From positions 13,421-77,420 of the forward strand of contig DAOSXA010000004.1 in the NCBI GenBank assembly GCA_035380245.1: a DNA stretch of 64,000 nucleotides, given 5' to 3'. The position numbers and the translations under genes were made by a program. Source of the stretch: Candidatus Zixiibacteriota bacterium. Its GTDB lineage: Bacteria; Zixibacteria; MSB-5A5; GN15; FEB-12. Under the pieces are notes generated by a model. It ran no database searches. It was not told where the DNA came from and was given only the letters and a program-made list of their open reading frames with translations. How positions within the stretch are numbered: the stretch's first letter is position 1; every line of letters starts with the position of its first letter. This document shows positions 57,466 through 64,000 of this stretch, in pieces.

Positions 57466-60018
57466 ATGAACTTCAAAGTACCAAATGCTATCGTTTGGAG
57501 CGCGCCGTTGGGCGTTATCTTGGGTGGCCTGGTCGGGTATCTCTGGCCGGACATCAGCGGCTGGGCCGCATTTCTCTACGTTGGGGAGCTGTTCTTAGGG
57601 GGATTGAGACTTCTGGTTATTCCGTTGGTCGTAGCTTCGGTAGTCACGGGGCTGGCGGCATTACGGAACACACAAAAAGCCGGTAAAGCCCTGGCGCTGA
57701 CGTTAGGGTATTTCATCGGCACTACTCTGTTGGCAACGATACTGGGGATTCTGGTCGTTTCGATCATGTCGCCGGGATTTGCCCTGGCCGGTTATCAAGG
57801 TGTCGTTGACTCACAGATCCATTCGATGCAGACCGCCAACTCAGCCAATATGATCGGGGTTGCGCTGCAGTCACTGTTCCCGACCGACTGGGGCACGGCT
57901 GCCCGGGGGCAATATCTCGGGATCATCATCCTGTCCATGATATTCGGAATGGTCCTGGCTACGATGGGTTCGCGCCAGCGTTCCGTGGCGGATACCTTCC
58001 GGGGCATCAACGAAGCCCTGCTGCGTCTTTTCCGCCTGGTGATCTGGGCCACCCCGGTGGGTTTGTTTTTCGTAACTGCGTCAACAATGTCCTCGGGAAC
58101 CGAATCGCTGGCCAATATAGCCGAACTCGGATATTTTCTGATCGCCTTCACGGTCGGCCTGGCTCTGCATATTTTTGTTATCCTGCCGCTCATCCTGCAT
58201 TTCTTTGGCGGCAAGAACGTTTTCGAGTATTACCACAATCTTTTACCGGCGATCAGCGGCGCCCTTTCGAGCGGTTCTTCAGCGGCTACCCTGCCGATCA
58301 CTTATAGTTGTGTTGTCGATCGTAACGCGATCAGCCATCGAGCGGCTTCAATGGCCCTGCCAATGGGCAGTTGTCTGAATTTCGACGGTGCAGCGATGTT
58401 CTCGGTAATGGCGGTGATTTTCGCTGCCCAGGCGGCTGAATTCTCGCTTTCGTTCGGTAACTATTTGTTCATTCTGGTCGCAGCGTTGGGGATATCGTTC
58501 CTAACGGCCGGGATGCCGATAATGGCCATGGTCGGAGCGGTGTTGACAGCTACGGCAATCGGACTCCCCGACCGTGGTCTGGCGGTTTTGGGATTGCTTT
58601 TACCGCTGCAATGGTTGACCGTTCGCGGCAGTGCCTTAATGAGCATTCTGTCCGATTCTATCGGCGCCGCGGTAATTGCCAAACAACTCGGCGAACGTAT
58701 CGATACTCGAAGAAGCCGGGAGGACTATTCACAGTCACGCGGACGCGATGACCGTCGCAGTTATTCACGGGACAACCGCGACAGTCGCGATTCTCGTGAT
58801 CGACGCAGTGCTCGCGACAGCCGTACCGACCGCGATCCTCGGAGTCGACGCGATGATGGTAATCGCGACGATCGCCGGAGCAGCCGCGGACGATCCGGTG
58901 ATTTCGATCGACGGAGCCGGGATCGCCAAAGTGAACGTGAAGAACGCAGTGGGCGACCGCAGAAAATGGATGAAAGCCGCGACCGCACCGACCGCCCGGG
59001 ACGTCGGCCTCAGGAGCGGTCTGGCCAGTCACCGTTTGCAATAAGAGCGGAATCAGCCGCACGTCAACCGGAGCTGGAATCGCCCGCAGCGCCGATGACA
59101 ACCGTCGACACCGAGAAGGAATCCACACCAAAGAACGAAAAACAGGATTCCCCCGCCGCTCCGATCCATTACGGTCGGAAACGGAGCCACCATGGTCGGG
59201 TAGGCAAGCCGGAGCAACAGGAAAATCCTAAAGATGAGGGTAAGTCCAAAGAATCCAGCCCGGAGCCGAGATCAAAATCGGGACGAAGTAATCCCGGTCG
59301 ACGCGCCGAAACAAAGCCGATAGCGGCTGAGAGCCCCAAACCGTCAAAAGAAGACAAGGATGTGGAGCCGGATGATATCGCCAACCGGACGGTTCAACGC
59401 GAGCGAGCCAAGGTGGCGGCTCAGTTAGCGGCAATGAAGCAGGCCGAAGAATTAAGCCGAGCTGCTCTCAAAGCGGCAGAACGCGTGACGGCGAAAATCG
59501 AACAGCGGGAGCAGGAAGCTGCCGAGGAAAAAGCTGAAATCGAGGCTATTTCTTCCAGAGCGGTACAGATCGACTACGTCTCGGATGAGAATCCGGAAAA
59601 ACCAACGACGGAGCTCGTTTCCGAATCAGTAACGGAAACAACCGAGACGGAACGGGAAAAACCGGAATCGAAACTGCCGAAGCAACCGACGGCGGAAGAA
59701 TCCGAGAACGAGATTAAAGCTGAGAAAGCGGAAGAACCCGATCGGTCGGCACAGGAACCGGTAACCGAAGCGAAGATCGATGAAGAACCTCGGTCTGCAT
59801 CCGATGAGGAAGTAGACACTGAGGATGACGACGAACCGGATATCCAGTACGGACGTCCCCGACGCAATCGCGGTAATATCCGAAACGGCGAGGAAACATC
59901 CGACGACAATGACAACGGAGAGACCAACGTGGCGGTGATGGATGAGCCCAAACCGCTCGATGATTTCTCGAACGAGAATATGTCGTTCGGCCGCACCCGG
60001 AAAAAACGGACACGTTAA
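57466..60018 (+). CDS. Dicarboxylate/amino acid:cation symporter (DAACS, GltP-like; about 410 aa) fused to a highly charged low-complexity C-terminal tail of about 440 aa
   Basis: The transporter part has LLVIPLVVASVVTGLAAL, SSGSSAATLPITY and NFDGAAMF. The tail begins near nt 58700 with SRDNRDSRDSRDRRSARDSRTDRDPRSRRDDGNRDDRR.... It is a single uninterrupted ORF. Confidence 0.85.
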   Translation: MNFKVPNAIVWSAPLGVILGGLVGYLWPDISGWAAFLYVGELFLGGLRLLVIPLVVASVVTGLAALRNTQKAGKALALTLGYFIGTTLLATILGILVVSIMSPGFALAGYQGVVDSQIHSMQTANSANMIGVALQSLFPTDWGTAARGQYLGIIILSMIFGMVLATMGSRQRSVADTFRGINEALLRLFRLVIWATPVGLFFVTASTMSSGTESLANIAELGYFLIAFTVGLALHIFVILPLILHFFGGKNVFEYYHNLLPAISGALSSGSSAATLPITYSCVVDRNAISHRAASMALPMGSCLNFDGAAMFSVMAVIFAAQAAEFSLSFGNYLFILVAALGISFLTAGMPIMAMVGAVLTATAIGLPDRGLAVLGLLLPLQWLTVRGSALMSILSDSIGAAVIAKQLGERIDTRRSREDYSQSRGRDDRRSYSRDNRDSRDSRDRRSARDSRTDRDPRSRRDDGNRDDRRSSRGRSGDFDRRSRDRQSEREERSGRPQKMDESRDRTDRPGRRPQERSGQSPFAIRAESAARQPELESPAAPMTTVDTEKESTPKNEKQDSPAAPIHYGRKRSHHGRVGKPEQQENPKDEGKSKESSPEPRSKSGRSNPGRRAETKPIAAESPKPSKEDKDVEPDDIANRTVQRERAKVAAQLAAMKQAEELSRAALKAAERVTAKIEQREQEAAEEKAEIEAISSRAVQIDYVSDENPEKPTTELVSESVTETTETEREKPESKLPKQPTAEESENEIKAEKAEEPDRSAQEPVTEAKIDEEPRSASDEEVDTEDDDEPDIQYGRPRRNRGNIRNGEETSDDNDNGETNVAVMDEPKPLDDFSNENMSFGRTRKKRTR

Positions 60019-60040
60019 GACTGTCCATCGAGTCGATATT

Positions 60041-60079
60041 GACCCGGTTGCGAAAAATACGCAACCGGGTCTTTCTTGC
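60041..60079 (+). terminator. Rho-independent terminator after the DAACS fusion gene
   Basis: gacccggttgcg-aaaaata-cgcaaccgggtc followed by tttctt. Confidence 0.75.
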
Positions 60080-60175
60080 AGGGAACTTATTGGCTGTTAT
60101 CTCGATATTACCTGTAGGAAAAACAATTGACCCGGCCCGTGCGGGAAGGTTAGATTTGTCTCAACGGAGAAGGAT

Positions 60176-61045
60176 ATGAACAGCCTTAAAGTCGCCATAA
60201 TGATGATCGCCCTGATGGCCCTGTTCGTGGCTGTGGGCTATGTCGTAGGCGGCCGGAGCGGTATGGTTATCGCCCTGGTTTTCGCTATGGTGATGAATTT
60301 CTTCAGCTATTGGTATTCCGACAAGGTTGTACTAAAACTCTACCGAGCTCGAGAAATCCAGGAGCAGGAACACCCGCGCCTGTATCGAGTAGTGAAACGA
60401 GTAACCACGACAGCGATGATACCGATGCCGAAAGTTTGTATCGTACCGAGCAAGGCTCCAAATGCCTTTGCCACCGGACGTAACATGAACCATGCCGCGG
60501 TCGCTGTTACCGAGGGTATGCTGGAGATTCTGAATGAAGAAGAGCTTGAGGGTGTGATTGGTCACGAAGTGGCTCATATCCTCAATAAAGATATGCTAAT
60601 AGGCACGATCGCAGCAACTTTCGCCGGCGCTATCGGCATCCTGGCGAGCATCGCCCGCTGGGGAGCGATATTCGGCGGCTACGGCCGGAGCGATGAACGC
60701 AACGGCGGCGCGATCGGTCTTTTAGCCGCAGCTATCGTAGCGCCACTCATGGCGATGGTTATCCAGATGGCTATCTCGCGACAGCGGGAATACAAAGCCG
60801 ACCGCGTCAGCGGTCTTATGACCGGCAAACCGCTCGCGCTCGCCTCGGCTCTGGAAAAACTTCATCGTTCCCCCAACCGACGAGCTTTCGCGGGTAACCG
60901 GGCAACGGCGAATCTTATGATCGTCAATCCACTCTCGGGACGCGGTATTGCTTCCTGGTTCTCGACCCACCCGCCGCTCGAAAAACGCATTGAGAGACTT
61001 CAAGAACTGGCCAAGGAGGCCCCGTACCAGAGCTATGTCAGATAA
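60176..61045 (+). CDS. htpX: Zinc metalloprotease HtpX (M48)
   Basis: HEVAHI motif, four TM, EYKADR. Confidence 0.92.
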   Translation: MNSLKVAIMMIALMALFVAVGYVVGGRSGMVIALVFAMVMNFFSYWYSDKVVLKLYRAREIQEQEHPRLYRVVKRVTTTAMIPMPKVCIVPSKAPNAFATGRNMNHAAVAVTEGMLEILNEEELEGVIGHEVAHILNKDMLIGTIAATFAGAIGILASIARWGAIFGGYGRSDERNGGAIGLLAAAIVAPLMAMVIQMAISRQREYKADRVSGLMTGKPLALASALEKLHRSPNRRAFAGNRATANLMIVNPLSGRGIASWFSTHPPLEKRIERLQELAKEAPYQSYVR

Positions 61046-61099
61046 CTTATCGGACGACCCCTCAGACTTTCCTGAACGAATCAAGGGAGTGAGGCCCTG

Positions 61100-62443
61100 A
61101 TGGACAACGCTCCCTTGATTCAGATCGTAGCGATCCTGTTGTTGATCTGCGCCAACGGCTTCTTTGCCATGTCGGAGTTTTCCATCATTGCCAGTCGGCG
61201 CTCGCGGCTTCGGCAACAGGCGGAAGACGGCCGTCCCGGGGCCGAAGCGGCCGAGAAACTCAACCGCAAACCGGATGAATTCCTGGCCACGATTCAAATA
61301 GGCATTACTCTGGTCGGAACGCTGGCCGGTGTAACGGGCGGCGCTACAATCGTGGAATGGCTCCGGAAAATACTCACCGTCAGTTCGATCCCGGCCGTAG
61401 CAGGTGCGGCCAAATCGCTTTCGGTGGTGATCGTAACAATCCTGATAACGGTCTCGACCGTGACACTCGGGGAACTGGTGCCGAAATATATCGCACTTTC
61501 CAATCCCGAGCGTTATGCCCGCTGGATCGCCCGACCGATCACGATTTTTACCCAGATCAGCCTGATTTTTGCCCGACTGCTCAGCGCCGTATCCAATTTC
61601 ATTCTCAAGATTCTCGGGGTGAAACACAATCCGGCACGCTCTGCGGTATCCGAAGACGAAATCAACCTGATGATCTTCGAAGGACGCGAAAAGGGTGTGT
61701 TCGATGAGACCGAGGAACGACTGATAAAATCGGTGTTCGATTTCGCCGACTCACCGGTCAGCCGCGCCATGACCCCCCGTACCGATGTGGTCGGGATCGA
61801 CATCGCCCTCGAACCGGCCCAGATGTTGCGGAAAGTGGTCGAAAACGGCTATAGCCGCTATCCGGTTTATCAGGACACGATCGACAACGTTGTCGGTATT
61901 TTGTATGCCAAAGACCTGCTGGAGCAGGAGCTCAACACATCGGCTATCGTAATGGCCGATCTGATCCGCAAGCCAACCTTCGTGCCGGAATCGATGCCTC
62001 TTTCGGCGCTGCTGTCCAAATTCCGAAGACATAAAGGGCGAGTCGCGATCGTCCTGGATGAATTCGGAGGCACGGCCGGAATAGTCTGCCTGCAGGATAT
62101 TATCGAGGAACTGGTGGGTGAAATACAGGACGAGGACGACAAAGACCCGCCCGAGTTGGTCAAACATTCCGACAACGTTGCCTATGCCGACGGCTCGGTC
62201 TGGCCGGGAGCAATCAATGAGTTAATGCACTGCCGTCTGCCCGAGGCGGACCATGATACTTTAGCGGGACTGATTATCGAGACTATGGGACGTCTGCCGG
62301 AGAAAGGGGACTCGATAGTTATCGCCGACATGAACATCACCGTGCTGGTATTGGAGCATCGCCGGGTGGCGCGACTCAAACTGGAACGAATCAACAAAAG
62401 CAACGACAACGGCGCCAACGGGAAAGGCAACGGCCGTTCATGA
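61100..62443 (+). CDS. CNNM/TlyC/CorB-family membrane protein (DUF21, CBS pair, CorC_HlyC domains)
   Basis: NGFFAMSEFSIIASRRSRL, MTPRTDVVGI, DEFGGTAGIVCLQDIIEELVGEI. Confidence 0.88.
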   Translation: MDNAPLIQIVAILLLICANGFFAMSEFSIIASRRSRLRQQAEDGRPGAEAAEKLNRKPDEFLATIQIGITLVGTLAGVTGGATIVEWLRKILTVSSIPAVAGAAKSLSVVIVTILITVSTVTLGELVPKYIALSNPERYARWIARPITIFTQISLIFARLLSAVSNFILKILGVKHNPARSAVSEDEINLMIFEGREKGVFDETEERLIKSVFDFADSPVSRAMTPRTDVVGIDIALEPAQMLRKVVENGYSRYPVYQDTIDNVVGILYAKDLLEQELNTSAIVMADLIRKPTFVPESMPLSALLSKFRRHKGRVAIVLDEFGGTAGIVCLQDIIEELVGEIQDEDDKDPPELVKHSDNVAYADGSVWPGAINELMHCRLPEADHDTLAGLIIETMGRLPEKGDSIVIADMNITVLVLEHRRVARLKLERINKSNDNGANGKGNGRS

Positions 62444-63108
62444 GAAGTTTTTTCAACGCCCCGATGCGCTGGTTACGCAGTCTTTACGACTGGGTGCTGA
62501 GCTGGGGTAAGAGTCGCTACGGCCTTCCGGCGCTGTTTCTTTTATCGTTAGCGGAGGCATCCTTCTTCCCCGTTCCGCCCGATGCCCTGCTGATCGCTCT
62601 CTGCATGGGGTCTCATACCCGCTGGAAACGATTCGCGCTGGTTTGTTCTATCGGCTCGATTATCGGCGGCGTGATCGGGTATTTGATTGGATTACTGGCG
62701 TTCGATTTGATCGGTGAATGGATGCTTAATATCACCGCCTCCATCTCCGGCACCGATCCGCAGCAGTTGCTCGACACCGCTCGTTACTGGTTTAACGAAA
62801 AACAGGTGATGGGCATGCACGTAGGCGCCTGGGCGGTTGGGATTGCGGGCTTTACACCGATCCCCTACAAAGTATTTACGATCGCAGCCGGTTTCTTCGA
62901 AATGGCTTTTATCCCGTTCCTGGTCGCCTCGGCCATTAGTCGCTCGCTCAGATTCTTCGTGGTGGGGGGGATTATCGGGTTGCTTTACAAACGCTACGGC
63001 GACCGGATTCAGGATTTTATCGACAAGTATTTCAACCTCTTGGCGCTGGCTTTCGTGGTTTTACTGGTGCTGGGATTTGTCGCAATAGGTTCGATGGGTG
63101 GGGAGTAA
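62440..63108 (+). CDS. YqaA/DedA-like (VTT domain) membrane protein
   Basis: EASFFPVPPDALLIAL..., FTPIPYKVFTIAAG. Its start overlaps the upstream stop by 4 nt. Confidence 0.75.
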   Translation: MRSFFNAPMRWLRSLYDWVLSWGKSRYGLPALFLLSLAEASFFPVPPDALLIALCMGSHTRWKRFALVCSIGSIIGGVIGYLIGLLAFDLIGEWMLNITASISGTDPQQLLDTARYWFNEKQVMGMHVGAWAVGIAGFTPIPYKVFTIAAGFFEMAFIPFLVASAISRSLRFFVVGGIIGLLYKRYGDRIQDFIDKYFNLLALAFVVLLVLGFVAIGSMGGE

Positions 63109-63130
63109 TTACTCCGACCTCTTTATTTTC

Positions 63131-63158
63131 TTGACTAAATCTCGATAATCCGTATAAT
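63131..63158 (+). promoter_or_regulatory. Near-consensus sigma70 promoter for tRNA-Glu
   Basis: TTGACT (63131-63136), 16-nt spacer, TATAAT (63153-63158). Confidence 0.65.
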
Positions 63159-63194
63159 AGGCGGCGTTCGAACCATTCGAACGCACATAACAAT

Positions 63195-63267
63195 GACCCC
63201 ATCGTCCAGTGGCCTAGGACGGCGCCCTTTCACGGCGCAAACACGGGTTCGACTCCCGTTGGGGTCA
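63195..63267 (+). tRNA. tRNA-Glu (anticodon TTC)
   Basis: Manual fold: acceptor GACCCCA/TGGGGTC; D-arm GTCC-AGTGGCCTA-GGAC; anticodon stem GCGCC/GGCGC with loop CTTTCAC; T-arm ACGGG-TTCGACT-CCCGT. Confidence 0.9.
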
Positions 63268-63400
63268 TTTTATTTTTGCAACATCCTGCTTTTTTAGGGG
63301 ATTCCAAGTTGTGATGCCTTACAGGCTTGCCTTAAAGGCTAGATCAATATATCATGGAAAACAATTGTATGTACTTACCTGCTGAAGAGGATACCTTGAC

Positions 63401-64000
63401 ATGAGACTAATGACCATTGCGCTGACCCTGATAACAGCGACTATTCTTATTATGTCCGCCTGTGGCGACAGCGACAAATCAAGCAATCCCGTCATAACTA
63501 AGGATTTCAAAACCGGTGATCCGTCCGAGTACGATGTGGAGAGTAGCTCACCGATAACGGTCCGGGACAGCATCAGCGGCTTTGACTTCGAATTTCCCGA
63601 AGGCGGATACGGCAGCCTGACCGTGGCCCCGATCACCTCCGGCCCGACAGCTCCTTATGCCGGTGAGGGTTTTAGCATCAGCTACAGCGGCGCCAATCGT
63701 GTCATGGTTCATATTCCGAAAGAAGATGCCTATTGCGTGCTGCTGATGGGCTACGGGACATCGTACGGCAGCCGTGATGATCGCGACGAGGACGACTGGC
63801 GCGCGCTGGCCGAGACGGGCTCAACCGACGATGAGGCCGTATTCGAATTGCTCCTGCCGGTCATTTCTCTTACCGGGCGGCAGTCAACTTCAGCCGCCGA
63901 CCATGACGGTTTCACTTATCATTGGATATCAAAAATACCCTCCGGCAGCAGTGATGCCGTAAAGCTGGAAGCGATTAAGACACAGGCCAACGAGTTTATC
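63401..64000 (+). CDS. Hypothetical lipoprotein, 3' partial (open to the window end; not in the supplied ORF track)
   Basis: ATG at 63401. MRLMTIALTLITATILIMSAC gives a lipobox. I translated 200 codons by hand without finding a stop. Confidence 0.6.
   Translation, partial: MRLMTIALTLITATILIMSACGDSDKSSNPVITKDFKTGDPSEYDVESSSPITVRDSISGFDFEFPEGGYGSLTVAPITSGPTAPYAGEGFSISYSGANRVMVHIPKEDAYCVLLMGYGTSYGSRDDRDEDDWRALAETGSTDDEAVFELLLPVISLTGRQSTSAADHDGFTYHWISKIPSGSSDAVKLEAIKTQANEFI

Noticed and set aside
58658-59131. Antisense and alternative-frame ORFs within the RD/RS-rich tail of the DAACS gene
   Set aside because: The low-complexity GA/CG-rich codon repeats keep all frames open. Only the frame continuous with the transporter has an upstream start and a terminator.

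Overview
Bacterial chromosomal segment with mid-to-high GC by eye. I support about 50 protein-coding genes, 2 tRNAs and several families of short hairpin repeats. All calls rest on reading the supplied translations and the DNA; no database search was run.

Housekeeping backbone: tRNA-Leu, then tig-clpP-clpX; an lptF/lptG-like permease pair; a SAM-cycle pair (metK-ahcY); ispG; rnhB-yraN; rsmD; the conserved ffh-rpsP-KH-rimM-trmD-rplS operon; trkA-trkH; thyX; htpX; and tRNA-Glu.

There is also a peptide and amino-acid scavenging set: an M32 carboxypeptidase, an M3B oligoendopeptidase, cstA, a POT-like MFS transporter, a DAACS symporter and an omptin-like outer-membrane protease.

Several large secreted proteins are present. 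One carries a T9SS-type C-terminal sorting domain and two carry dockerin-like tails. This suggests, but does not prove, an uncultivated FCB-superphylum-like lineage. The promoters I can see are sigma70-like (TTGACT-N16/17-TATAtT), not Bacteroidetes-type.

Most noteworthy:
- (1) A tightly coupled four-gene operon of membrane proteins (13391-16441, minus strand) with an A-B-A'-B' architecture and no family I recognise.
- (2) A REP-associated tyrosine transposase (RAYT) flanked by inverted GTAG-headed REP hairpins. Related REP mosaics are scattered through several intergenic regions, and a direct repeat of about 110 bp brackets a 752-aa gene.
- (3) A DAACS transporter fused to a tail of about 440 aa rich in Arg/Asp/Ser/Glu.
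- (4) A histone-H1-like Lys/Ala repeat fused to a SWIB domain.
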